DNA of 41,480 bases from Promethearchaeota archaeon Loki_b32 (GCA_005223125.1 NJBH01000033.1:1-41480), one strand, 5' to 3'; positions 9,852 to 19,766 are shown, counted from the stretch's first letter. Translations and numbers: made by a program. Notes: generated by a model from the letters alone, not told the origin.

Positions 9852-11180
9852 TTATTCTCCCTTTTTCTTTTTAACTGCTTCTATTAATTTTTCTAATATT
9901 TCTTTATCAGTTAGGCATTCACCTGGTGCCTCTTTCACTTTTCTTAATCGTAGAGGAACACTATCCATACGATAGGCAGTTCCCTCACACTCAATTCCTG
10001 CTATAGCAGGTGGTAAAATAATATCAGCGTTTACAGATGTAGGTGTATGATGAGGTTCAATGACTATTAAAGGATATTTGAACATATTTTTCACGGATGC
10101 TGCAGGAAAATTACTTGCAGGATCAGAAGCTACAATTAGAGATGCATCAATCTCATCTCTCATCAAAACATCAACAGAAGAGAATTCTCCTGGATTATAA
10201 CGAGGATATCCTCTTGAGAAATCTATAGAATAAGAATATCCTGTTTGCCATGAGAAAACTTGATTTGCCCCAGCAACATTATAATGGCCTCGCATAGGAG
10301 TTAATAAAAATTTAGTGTGATCATTCAATTCCCGTACGAGGCATATAGCAGCATCTATATTTCGATGGTGTGATAAAGTTTGTGTTAACCCCATACCGAA
10401 AAATATAACTCCAAAATTACAGGATTTCATAGTTTCTACTAGTTCTTTAACTTTTTCTATTGGAACACCCGAAATTTCGTCTGCATCTATTTCTACTCCT
10501 CTTAAGATTGCTCTGATGGCATTTATTAATTCATAATCTTCACTAGGATTTATTTGAACATGTATATCAGCAATTTGGGCTGTATGTGTGTTCCTAGGAT
10601 CAACAACCACTATAAACCGATCATTTCTACCATCTTTCCTAAAATATCCACGAATAAAATCACTATACCTAGAAAGATGTCTAGGATGAGCATGTACGGG
10701 ATTTGAACCCCAAAATATTATAAGATCTGCTCTATTTTTATATTCACCTAAAGTAGAAGTAGGAGCACCAACATCTTGAATAGCTAATAACGAGGGACCA
10801 TGACATACTGAAGCTGTATTATCTAATATACTTCCTAAAATTTCAGCTAATTCTACTCCTTTACCTTGAGCTTCACACTCAGTACTGGAAAATCCATAAA
10901 GTAGTGGTCTTTTAGCTTTTATCAAAATATTAGCTGCTTTATCAATTGCTTCATCCCAAGAGACTTCCTTAAATGACCCTTTTTCTTTTATGAGTGGTTT
11001 GTCATACCGATGGTCACTGGGATTTGAAGCAAAATACTTTTTGGTGCCTATTTGACAACCATTTCGTACTTCTATGACTTTTTCTTCTTTTATATCAATA
11101 TCCACTTCGAGATCATCACAAAGGGTTCCACAAAAAGGACAAATTACATCTGTTACTGTTCTAATTTTTTTAGCTACCAT
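9852..11180 (-). CDS. fwdB: Formylmethanofuran dehydrogenase subunit B (Cys form)
   Basis: CPFCGTLCDD, DNTASVCHGP, WGSNPVHAHPRH, PMRGHYNV, GTAYRMD. Confidence 0.95.
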   Translation of the reverse strand: MVAKKIRTVTDVICPFCGTLCDDLEVDIDIKEEKVIEVRNGCQIGTKKYFASNPSDHRYDKPLIKEKGSFKEVSWDEAIDKAANILIKAKRPLLYGFSSTECEAQGKGVELAEILGSILDNTASVCHGPSLLAIQDVGAPTSTLGEYKNRADLIIFWGSNPVHAHPRHLSRYSDFIRGYFRKDGRNDRFIVVVDPRNTHTAQIADIHVQINPSEDYELINAIRAILRGVEIDADEISGVPIEKVKELVETMKSCNFGVIFFGMGLTQTLSHHRNIDAAICLVRELNDHTKFLLTPMRGHYNVAGANQVFSWQTGYSYSIDFSRGYPRYNPGEFSSVDVLMRDEIDASLIVASDPASNFPAASVKNMFKYPLIVIEPHHTPTSVNADIILPPAIAGIECEGTAYRMDSVPLRLRKVKEAPGECLTDKEILEKLIEAVKKKKGE

Positions 11181-11182
11181 TT

Positions 11183-11578
11183 CTATGCCTCCTTTAATAA
11201 ACTAATTAAACCTACTGCATCTAAAACTTTACCACTTTGTATTACTTCTACACCAGCTTTCATTCCTTTATAAGTAGGCGTTCCACATGCTTGAGAATCA
11301 GGATTTACCACTTGGTTTGCCCAAGGCCCCATTGGTATAAATATTATACCTGGATGAGGTCCTTCTTCAGAAATTGTAGAATAAACAATAACTTCTCCAT
11401 GATCCGTGATTACTTTAACTGGCGTTCCAACAAGACAATCTAATTTTTTAAAATCCTCGCTATCAAATGCACAGATTCCTGCAGCTCTAACATTCTCTTT
11501 TGTGTTTTTACCACCTTCAAGTGCAACTCCTTGATTAATTGTACGACAAGTTATTAAAATTAAATTATTCAAACTCAT
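11183..11578 (-). CDS. fwdD: Formylmethanofuran dehydrogenase subunit D
   Basis: ITCRTINQG, FIPMGPWAN, GTPTYKG. Confidence 0.93.
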   Translation of the reverse strand: MSLNNLILITCRTINQGVALEGGKNTKENVRAAGICAFDSEDFKKLDCLVGTPVKVITDHGEVIVYSTISEEGPHPGIIFIPMGPWANQVVNPDSQACGTPTYKGMKAGVEVIQSGKVLDAVGLISLLKEA

Positions 11579-12300
11579 TCTTCTTTTTCCTCCTTTTCAC
11601 TCCACCTTAATGTTTTTAATCTCACCAAAAGAGGTTCCCAGAATAGCTCACTAAATTCTCCAGATGTTTTCACATCAGTTATTTTTAACTTTACAGCTCC
11701 TGTAGGACATCCATTATCACAAGAACCGCAAGAGATACATTTTTCAGGGTCTACAACGACATTTGGGACGGTTTCCCACCCTTTATCTGATTTTTCAGGA
11801 ACAGATATAGCTCCAGAAGGACACACTTCATAGCAGGTTTGACATCCACCAGGGCATTCTTCATCAACAATGCTAATTTCTCCATCAGTATATTGTTTAA
11901 CAACCCTTTCAATCCCATCATAGCTAGTAATTTTTTTTGCTTCAAATTCTAGCTTGGGTACAACATTTTCTTTTACTATCTGGATGTCAGCTAATTCAAT
12001 CACTTCACCATCTTTTTTTAAGGTTAAAGCACTAAAAGGACACATATACACACAAGTTCCGCAGAAGACACATGCTTCTGGGTCATATATTTCCGGTATA
12101 ATATCTTCTAGTTTAGGAAATCTACGTGAAGTTCCTACTGGACCACGAGAAATAGCATCCTTAGGACAGACTCTAGCACATGTTCCACAGCCTATACATT
12201 TAGTTTTATCCAGTATTAATTCTAAACTTTCAGTTAAGAACTGGACTTTTACATGTTCAATCTCTTTACTTATTGATCTTGATATTTTTGGAAATGAAAT
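11575..12300 (-). CDS. fwdF: FwdF-like polyferredoxin, 4 x [4Fe-4S], 241 aa; apparent ATT start
   Basis: The frame is open from ATT at 12300, preceded by an in-frame TAG and GAGGTG RBS; motifs CIGCGTC..VCP, CVFCGTC..MCP, CPGGCQTC..VCP, CISCGSC..GCP; the ORF track captures only the C-terminal 158 aa. Confidence 0.85.
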   Translation of the reverse strand: MSFPKISRSISKEIEHVKVQFLTESLELILDKTKCIGCGTCARVCPKDAISRGPVGTSRRFPKLEDIIPEIYDPEACVFCGTCVYMCPFSALTLKKDGEVIELADIQIVKENVVPKLEFEAKKITSYDGIERVVKQYTDGEISIVDEECPGGCQTCYEVCPSGAISVPEKSDKGWETVPNVVVDPEKCISCGSCDNGCPTGAVKLKITDVKTSGEFSELFWEPLLVRLKTLRWSEKEEKEE

Positions 12301-12313
12301 TTTCTACACCTCA

Positions 12314-12568
12314 TTAAGATTCTAATAATTCTAATTTAATAGCACTTACAGGGCAAAATTTAATACATACTCCACATCCGTCACAATTATGGGTTCGTCC
12401 CTCTGTAAATATATCATAAGCCATACCATTTTTTACTAAAATTACAGCATTCTCTTGTGTTAAATAACCCATCTCTTTTAATTGATTAAAATTTATAGGA
12501 CAAGAAGTTACACAGATATTACATCCTATACAAGTATTTTTATTTATTTTTAATCGATAAATCTGCAT
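12314..12568 (-). CDS. fwdG: FwdG-like 2x[4Fe-4S] ferredoxin
   Basis: 84 aa, CIGCNIC..SCP and CDGCGVC..FCP; first gene of the fwd operon. Confidence 0.8.
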   Translation of the reverse strand: MQIYRLKINKNTCIGCNICVTSCPINFNQLKEMGYLTQENAVILVKNGMAYDIFTEGRTHNCDGCGVCIKFCPVSAIKLELLES

Positions 12569-12926
12569 CTGATTCCCTCATTTTTAAATAGATTAGATAA
12601 AGATTTGTTACTTTAGCGTAAAATATTTGTAGATTTATAAGTGTTTAATAATATCGGTCAGTATTTTAAATTAATTAATTAACTTAGATTGTAGAAAGAA
12701 TTTTTTTATAAAAAATTTGCTTTATGAATTCTAAAGTTCCTATAATAAATAAGCATCTTTTAGATATCAATAAACTAATTTAAATTTCTAACATATGTGG
12801 TGTTTAAGAGGTATTTATTGAAATCTATGATAGAACTTATTTAATCCTTAAACTTATTAATCTTTATACGAATTTTATAATAAATAAGTTGTTAATTTAT
12901 TAATACTCCAATTTTCGTCAGAAAAC

Positions 12927-14069
12927 ATGCAATCTACCAAAAGTGAAGATTGTCTCATCTTTTATGCATTTTCGCCAGAAAATATTAAATTAAAGCAAGT
13001 CTATAATTCTCTTTCAGAATTTATAAAAAATAAACAGATTGCAGATCCTTCTGACAGATTCAACCTTATCGTATTTCAAGCAGATGGTCCAAATTATTTA
13101 GACCAATTCACATTTGACTCTGATTATATTTTAAAAACATTAAAAACTATGAGTAAAGATATCTCGAAAGCAAATATTGCTGGAGGGATATTTATTGCAA
13201 TTACTTTTATTATTGAAGTATACAAAAAAATTTCTGAAAAAATATTTCGGCTTTTAATCTTGGTTGATGATGGGGCTTATGAAATTCCTGATGCGTATCT
13301 TCCGCCTTTACAAGAATTGATTAAGGTTGTGAAGGATATGCCTTTTTTCATTGATACAGTGCTTATTGGATCTCCATACTCCGATCAAGCTCAGAAATTA
13401 CTAAAATTAACAAATCTATGTAATGGAGAATTATTCGGGATCAAAAACGTACGGGACTTAAATCCTATATTAACCTCGCTTTCAGAAAAGAAATATATTT
13501 CGGATCCCTCATTTATAAAGCATAGATTAAGGATGATTCTCCCTGATAACCAACCATTTTATATAAATTTAGCTGATACCCCAGAACCACTTATTGAGAC
13601 GACAACTTGTTCTATTTGCTTTCAAAAAGATAATCATGGTATAGTGAAATGTCCTTCATGTGATAATCCTGCACATGAGATATGTTGGGCTCAATGGGCA
13701 AAAACCTCTAATATTGGAATACCTCATGTATTCAGATGTCATAATTGTTTTAATATCTTAAAACTAGACAAACAATTTGTAAGTGACGTGCAGGCGGGTA
13801 AGATTCCTACCATAGCTGAAATGCAGAAAGTAGAAAAAAAGAATATTGTTGATTATTTACATGAGCTAGAAGATAAAATGAAACCCAAAATTGTTCAAGC
13901 TGATGATCCAATGGGTCTAGAAATAAAAGCTATGATGGAAACAAAAAATGGCGAACCTAAAAAAGAAAAAAAAAAGAGAAGAGTATCAGTGAAGATTTGT
14001 CCAAATTGTAGTAAGATTATGATGGGAGATAGGAAAAATTGTCCCTCTTGTGGGTATGTCTTATTTTAA
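12927..14069 (+). CDS. VWA-domain + RING/PHD-like C4HC3 finger + C-terminal zinc ribbon protein
   Basis: D(RF)NLIVF, LLILVDDG, TNLCNG VWA elements; CSIC-x10-CPSC-x4-H-x2-C-x3-W...CHNC; CPNC..CPSC. Confidence 0.75.
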   Translation: MQSTKSEDCLIFYAFSPENIKLKQVYNSLSEFIKNKQIADPSDRFNLIVFQADGPNYLDQFTFDSDYILKTLKTMSKDISKANIAGGIFIAITFIIEVYKKISEKIFRLLILVDDGAYEIPDAYLPPLQELIKVVKDMPFFIDTVLIGSPYSDQAQKLLKLTNLCNGELFGIKNVRDLNPILTSLSEKKYISDPSFIKHRLRMILPDNQPFYINLADTPEPLIETTTCSICFQKDNHGIVKCPSCDNPAHEICWAQWAKTSNIGIPHVFRCHNCFNILKLDKQFVSDVQAGKIPTIAEMQKVEKKNIVDYLHELEDKMKPKIVQADDPMGLEIKAMMETKNGEPKKEKKKRRVSVKICPNCSKIMMGDRKNCPSCGYVLF

Positions 14070-14249
14070 AAAGGAAATTAGAGAATTTCTAAAATGTTCT
14101 ATAAGTAGACCTTAAACCTTTATTAAGTAAACTTCTTCAAGATAAATATTGCTCAAATACAATAAATCATTGAAAAAGTTTTTAATGACAACTTGGATCA
14201 TTAATATTGATATAAAAGCCAACATAGTTTTGTAGGAATCCACTAAATA

Positions 14250-15374
14250 ATGCCAAATTTAAAATATCAATTATCTTATTTCATAAAACATAAATGCGCT
14301 GTATGGGAATTTACATTAAAATGTAATAGTAAATGTATCCATTGTGGATCATCAGCAGGTAAATCTCGCTTAGATGAACTCAATACTGAAGAAGCATTAA
14401 CATTAGTTAAAGGTTTACGTTCTTGCGGGTATGATGGGATTGCTCTAATGGGAGGCGAGCCCTTCTTAAGAGATGATTGGTATGATGTCGCACAGGAAAT
14501 CAAACAAAATAAAATGAAACTAACCATTGTCTCTAATGGGTTAGAAATTAAAAATCAAATTAGAAAATTAAAAGAATTGCAAATAGATTGTGTTTCTTTA
14601 AGTTTGGATGGTGGAATTCCTAAAACTCACGATTATATAAGGGGAATTAGAGGCGCATATGATAAGGTATTAGAATCTATAAAAATACTCCAAAAAGAAA
14701 ATATTCCTGTTAGTGTCATAACAACTGTAAATAAAATTAATTTTAAAGAATTAAATCTGATTCGGGATTTATTAATTAATAAAAAAATCGCTTGGCAAAT
14801 TCAAATAGCTTTACCAATTGGAAGATTTTCAAAAAATTTGGTGATTTCTAGAAAGCAATTTTATGGTGTCGCAATGTTTATAGCATTAAATCTAAAAAAA
14901 TATTCAGTGAGAGAATTACCATTAATAGGGGCTCATTGTTTTGGTTATTTTTCTATGATTTTACCTGAATTAGGATTAGATCCGTGGATTGGTTGTCAAG
15001 CAGGTAAATCTGTTTTGGGAATTCAAAGCAATGGAAATATAAAAGGGTGTTTAACTTTATCCGATGATTTTATTGAAGGAAACATTAGAACCACTAATAT
15101 TTCTGATATTATAAATTCCAGATTTGATTTAAAATATAATCAATACTTACATAAAAATAACTCACAAGATTACTGCTACAACTGTGAAATGTTCAAAAAG
15201 TGTAAAGGGGGGTGTTTAGGCACGAGGATGGCTTTAAATTCTTTTGATAAACCATATTGTTTAAAAGCAATTGAGAAAAATTTATTCAAAAATGAATCTC
15301 TACCATTCAGGTGGAAAATAGATTCTAAAATTTCAAAATATAAATATCTATATCAAAAAATTTTATTGAAATAA
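14250..15374 (+). CDS. Radical SAM/SPASM-domain protein
   Basis: VWEFTLKCNSKCIHC, GGEP, SLDG, SPASM CQAG...GC...CYNC.....CKGGC...C. Confidence 0.92.
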   Translation: MPNLKYQLSYFIKHKCAVWEFTLKCNSKCIHCGSSAGKSRLDELNTEEALTLVKGLRSCGYDGIALMGGEPFLRDDWYDVAQEIKQNKMKLTIVSNGLEIKNQIRKLKELQIDCVSLSLDGGIPKTHDYIRGIRGAYDKVLESIKILQKENIPVSVITTVNKINFKELNLIRDLLINKKIAWQIQIALPIGRFSKNLVISRKQFYGVAMFIALNLKKYSVRELPLIGAHCFGYFSMILPELGLDPWIGCQAGKSVLGIQSNGNIKGCLTLSDDFIEGNIRTTNISDIINSRFDLKYNQYLHKNNSQDYCYNCEMFKKCKGGCLGTRMALNSFDKPYCLKAIEKNLFKNESLPFRWKIDSKISKYKYLYQKILLK

Positions 15375-15403
15375 AATTAAAACTAAAAAATGGGTGGTTA
15401 AAT

Positions 15404-15664
15404 ATGGTTTTCAAAGATATTTTTCAACTTTATAATATTGGTAAAGAATTAGGATTATCTCGAAAAGAAATCAATAGCGTTCTGTTATTTAAAAATCGGT
15501 ATCCGTTAGTCATCGCTTTAATGTTGATTGTAATTCTCTCGGTTCTTGCAATTCTCTTTTGGAATGTAGCTTTAATTTTATATGCAAAATCAACTGAACC
15601 AGTCTATCCACGTGGGACTTTATATTCTAGTATTAGTTTAAAAGATTTTAGAGATAAAAAATGA
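15404..15664 (+). CDS. Small single-TM protein (86 aa), unknown function
   Basis: GGTGG RBS 6 nt before ATG; ATGA overlap with the next gene; one long hydrophobic segment. Confidence 0.75.
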   Translation: MVFKDIFQLYNIGKELGLSRKEINSVLLFKNRYPLVIALMLIVILSVLAILFWNVALILYAKSTEPVYPRGTLYSSISLKDFRDKK

Positions 15665-17010
15665 AATTGAATATTGGTTGCGGAAAAAATTTTGAACCGG
15701 ATTATTGTAATATAGATCTATATGAGGATCTAATAGCTGATAGAAAGATGTCTGCTTTAAATCTTGAATTTGAAGATTATTCTTGTCAAGAAATAAAAGC
15801 AATCCATTTAATCGAGCATTTAGGATTTTATCAATCAATTTATGCATTAAGTGAGTTTTTTAGAGTATTAGAACCAGAAGGTAAATTATTTTTAGAAACT
15901 CCTGATTTAGAAAAGGCTTTTCGTACCTATTTAAACTCAAATTATGAACAAAAAAAAGATATATTAAGTTGGATTTATGGGCTTCCTCATGAAGGCTTAG
16001 AACATAAATTTTGTTTTCCGACCCAATTGCTGCTTGAGATATTTGAAAAGATTGGATTTGAAAATGTAATTCAAACGAGTTTTTATAATAAAGAATCAAT
16101 CCCTACTATAAAATTCGTGTGTACTAAGCCAAAAATTGATGAGGATAGTGAAATTTTTCAAATCTTTTCATCTATTCGAGAAAAAATGTTACTAGAGAAT
16201 GTAGTTAATTTTAAAGATTTGTTTTTAACAAAAGAACAAGAAGATCTTCTAAACTTTTTATTAATCGAGACAATAAATTTTATAAAAAATGGTAGTAAAA
16301 GAATAAATTTTAAGATTATTAAAAAATCGTTGATAACTTCGCCTCAGATAGTTAAAATCTTCATAGATAGTATGAAAAATCTTAGAATATTTACCGATAA
16401 TGAAGGAACTCAAATTTTAGAAATGACAGAATTTCTTATTAGAATTAACTTTCATGAGATTTTACTGGATGCTTTAATGAAAGCTCCTTTAATTCCAGGA
16501 ACTCAGAAAATTATTTTTTCTTCGATTGAATCATTTGGTTTGGGTATGATTGATACACTATTTTCTTCTAAAGCTGAGAAAGATAAGATGATAAAAAAGA
16601 TAAAACAATTATCTCAAGATATTAAAAACCAGGAGCTTCATTTATTTTCTCCTAATATTATAAGAAGAAAATCTTTAGATATATTTTATCAGGGTATTAA
16701 AAGTTTTTATAAACAAGATTATGAAACTGCATTAAATAAATTTCTAACATCTATAAAATTGTACAGAGATAATTTTTTATATTATTGGAACTTAGCAAAG
16801 GTTTTGGTAAACTTAAATTTAAAACAAAAAGCAATTAGGTATTATAAAAGGACATTGAGACTATTGAATTTAACGAAACTTCCGAATAAATCCCAAATTA
16901 AAGAAGATGTTAAAGTAGAATTAAACTCAATAAAAAAACAAAGATTGAAATTACTGGAAATGGAACCAATATTATCACTTGATAAATATCAATCAAATAA
17001 ATTAACTTAA
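15661..17010 (+). CDS. Class I SAM-dependent methyltransferase domain + C-terminal TPR
   Basis: MKLNIGCG, HLIEH, RVLEPEGKL..ETPD; TPR-like YWNLAKVL...AIRYYKRTL. Confidence 0.82.
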   Translation: MKLNIGCGKNFEPDYCNIDLYEDLIADRKMSALNLEFEDYSCQEIKAIHLIEHLGFYQSIYALSEFFRVLEPEGKLFLETPDLEKAFRTYLNSNYEQKKDILSWIYGLPHEGLEHKFCFPTQLLLEIFEKIGFENVIQTSFYNKESIPTIKFVCTKPKIDEDSEIFQIFSSIREKMLLENVVNFKDLFLTKEQEDLLNFLLIETINFIKNGSKRINFKIIKKSLITSPQIVKIFIDSMKNLRIFTDNEGTQILEMTEFLIRINFHEILLDALMKAPLIPGTQKIIFSSIESFGLGMIDTLFSSKAEKDKMIKKIKQLSQDIKNQELHLFSPNIIRRKSLDIFYQGIKSFYKQDYETALNKFLTSIKLYRDNFLYYWNLAKVLVNLNLKQKAIRYYKRTLRLLNLTKLPNKSQIKEDVKVELNSIKKQRLKLLEMEPILSLDKYQSNKLT

Positions 17011-17022
17011 AAAAGTATTAAA

Positions 17023-18045
17023 ATGAAAAAACAACCAATTGAGAATTTAAGAAGTAAGGTAATTTTTGTTAGTTTAGCAATAATGTCTTCTTTTTTATTA
17101 ATAATTAATTTTATCCCAATATTCATAGTAAACGCTGGGATAACTACTGAATTTACAGGAGATTTAGACATAGACCGTGTAGCATATGTAAATCAAAGTA
17201 GTCCTGATATGCACTTTTTTGATCCTTTATGGGGAAACGCTGTAATTGGAAATTCTTGCGAGACGTTTGTCCATTTTAATCTTGAATTATTACCAAAGGA
17301 AACAGAAGAACTTTATTTTTTTTTGTGGTCGTTTAATTTTCGTGGTTATGAAGCTCCCGTAGAAGATATTGAAATAAATATCATATTAGTAGAGTCTAAT
17401 TGGTCTGACTCAGAGATAACTTGGAATAATAAACCTCAACACGAATTTATAATTGAAACTGTAAATGCTTCTGAAATTCTACAGAGCCCTTTTGTAGAGA
17501 GATATAACCTTAAAAGAGCTGTTGATTTAACAGAAATTTTCAAAGATAATCAACTGAATGAGCTCAGTCTTTGTATAAATATTACTGAAAATAATGCAGA
17601 ATTGAATGCAAGTGTCTATTTAGATGGAATCCAACTTATATGGAATTATGAGAAACTCATTATATCTTACACCACAATTATTTCTTCAGTTATAATCTTC
17701 TCTATGTTAATCGGAACAGTCTATTATATCAGAAAAGATATTCATTCTTGCCCAGAATGTACCACTAAAAGAAAACTTACTGAAAGAATTTGCTCATCCT
17801 GTGGGACAAGTATTAACAATGAAACTATAATTAAAAGTTCAGATTATCAATTAGTATTAATTCTATTATGGGTATTTGCATTTTTTGAGGTAATTTTTAT
17901 CCTTCTAACGGTGCTACCTGATTTTTACTTCCTCCTTAATCCTTTGATAATTTTTTTAGTCCTAATTCCTTGGGTGATTCTTTGTACCATCCAAATAATT
18001 AGAAAAATAAAGAAATATAGAGATTTAAGATTTTCTTTAGGATAA
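17023..18045 (+). CDS. Membrane protein with extracellular DNRLRE/CBM96-like domain and cytoplasmic zinc ribbon
   Basis: N-terminal TM/signal, WSDSEITWNNKP motif, TM, CPEC-x10-CSSC, two further TMs. Confidence 0.65.
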   Translation: MKKQPIENLRSKVIFVSLAIMSSFLLIINFIPIFIVNAGITTEFTGDLDIDRVAYVNQSSPDMHFFDPLWGNAVIGNSCETFVHFNLELLPKETEELYFFLWSFNFRGYEAPVEDIEINIILVESNWSDSEITWNNKPQHEFIIETVNASEILQSPFVERYNLKRAVDLTEIFKDNQLNELSLCINITENNAELNASVYLDGIQLIWNYEKLIISYTTIISSVIIFSMLIGTVYYIRKDIHSCPECTTKRKLTERICSSCGTSINNETIIKSSDYQLVLILLWVFAFFEVIFILLTVLPDFYFLLNPLIIFLVLIPWVILCTIQIIRKIKKYRDLRFSLG

Positions 18046-18047
18046 AT

Positions 18048-18581
18048 TTAAAATTTTAAAATTTTAGGCTCTTTCCATTCTTCTCTAAGAATATTGAAAA
18101 GTGAAAGATCTCTCCATTCTCCTCTCATAAATATTATTTTGCGTAATACCCCTTCTTTTTTAAATCCGGTTTTTTCAAGAACTCTCTGAGAAGCAATATT
18201 TCTAGTATCTGTTCTTGCTTGTATCCGTACAATATCTTTTGAGAGAAACAGGAAAACTACAAACAATTTGACCACTTCTGTACAATAACCTTTCTTACGT
18301 TCAGATGGGATTAAAGTGAAGCCAATTTCCAATAGGTTTGATCCTAATGATTTACCTATAGAGTAGGTAATATTTCCAATTTTAGTTCCATCTTTTTTCT
18401 CAATAAAAAAAGATGTAGATTCATCAGGTCTTTCATTGTAACCTTTTTCGAGATCATCTTTTGAATATTGTTCTAATGGATAATACTCATCACGAAAATA
18501 AGGGTTATTAATCTATTCATAGTAAAGGGGAATATCTTATTTTTCTGGACGTCGTAAATTAATATTAATTCCTTCAAGCAT
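18048..18581 (-). pseudogene. RimJ/RimL-family GNAT pseudogene with two in-frame stops
   Basis: ATG 18581: MLEGININLRRPEK*(TAA)DIPLYYE*(TAG)INNP... continuing in frame into EIGF...NIASQRVLEKTGFKKEG. Confidence 0.85.
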
Positions 18582-18798
18582 AATTTCTAAATCCTCGATA
18601 TTTAAAATTCTAAGTTTTTCTACATATTTATATACTAAGTAAAAATAAAAAATTGTTGTGAATATATTAAATACAATAACTAACTATATTTATATTACAT
18701 TATTTAAAAGCGAGTAATCTAAATTTTAATTGCTATAATTATCCTAAGTATTAATTTGATGTGAATTATAAAAGATGTTGATTAAGTAGGGAAATTGA

Positions 18799-19311
18799 AT
18801 GATAGAGGATTTTGATCGAGTCTCTTATATTTTTAGAGATTATTTATATAATTTTGTTAGATTATTGAAAGAAAATTATAAAGAGGATCTGCTTTCAGTT
18901 ATATTGTTTGGTTCTGTAGCGAGGGGAAAATGGAATAATGAATCTGATATTGACCTTTTTATAATATTTACCAATAAATCATCTATAAGAACCGCTATAA
19001 ATAATCGATTAACAAAAATCATATCAAATTACGAAAGAAAATCTAAATTAAAGAATTCTAAAGGGGATCGTATATTTTCTACTATACAGGACATATCATT
19101 GTTATTAAAAGATTTACATACATTTAGAACAATATTTTATGATATTGCGATGGATGGAATCATTTTATTTGATAGAAATCAAACTGGATTTCATTTTCTT
19201 AAAAAAATAAAAAAGAGAATTGAAGAAAAAGGACTTAAAAGGGTTTTTATAAAAGAAAATGATTATTATTGGGAAAGAAATGTTAAATTTGGAGAAATTA
19301 TTGAACTATGA
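18799..19311 (+). CDS. Minimal nucleotidyltransferase (MNT) antitoxin
   Basis: LFGSVARG...SDIDL. Confidence 0.9.
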   Translation: MIEDFDRVSYIFRDYLYNFVRLLKENYKEDLLSVILFGSVARGKWNNESDIDLFIIFTNKSSIRTAINNRLTKIISNYERKSKLKNSKGDRIFSTIQDISLLLKDLHTFRTIFYDIAMDGIILFDRNQTGFHFLKKIKKRIEEKGLKRVFIKENDYYWERNVKFGEIIEL

Positions 19312-19766
19312 ATAATTTCGATACTTCAAAAGGAGCAGTTGAAAGAGCTTTTCGCTGGTATCAAGGTGCTACACGAGCATATGAAGATGAAAGATGGGAT
19401 GATGTTATTTATTCCTTACAAATGTCAGTTGAGCAAGCCTTAAAAGCGATATTAATTCTTTTTGGGATTGAATATCCAAAAAAGCATGATATTTCCACTA
19501 TTTATGTCGATCTAAAGCAAAAACAAATTCCAGAATGGTTCAAAGAAGAAATTGATAATCAAGTAGACATGTTAAAGGATCTAATTAAATTAAGAGGTAA
19601 AGCTTCATATGGATATGTTGATGGATTAAAAAAAGACGATTTTAAAGATGAAGCATCAAATTTTAAAGATCCAGTTAAAGATGTAATTGAAGATTGTAAT
19701 AAACTGGTAATTGAATTTTCTAAAAAACAAATTCAGAAAAATGATGATAATGATTCTAATAAATGA
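19308..19766 (+). CDS. HEPN domain toxin
   Basis: Q..VEQALKAIL, PKKHDI, R...SYG; ATGA overlap with MNT. Confidence 0.88.
   Translation: MNNFDTSKGAVERAFRWYQGATRAYEDERWDDVIYSLQMSVEQALKAILILFGIEYPKKHDISTIYVDLKQKQIPEWFKEEIDNQVDMLKDLIKLRGKASYGYVDGLKKDDFKDEASNFKDPVKDVIEDCNKLVIEFSKKQIQKNDDNDSNK

Noticed and set aside
10795-10815. Selenocysteine in FwdB, as in some methanogen homologs
   Set aside because: The active-site codon is TGT (ASVCHGP) and the ORF is uninterrupted.
18510-18545. Pyrrolysine or stop-codon recoding in the GNAT
   Set aside because: Both a TAA and a TAG occur, at positions expected to be Glu and Trp; all three stop codons terminate normal genes elsewhere in the window.
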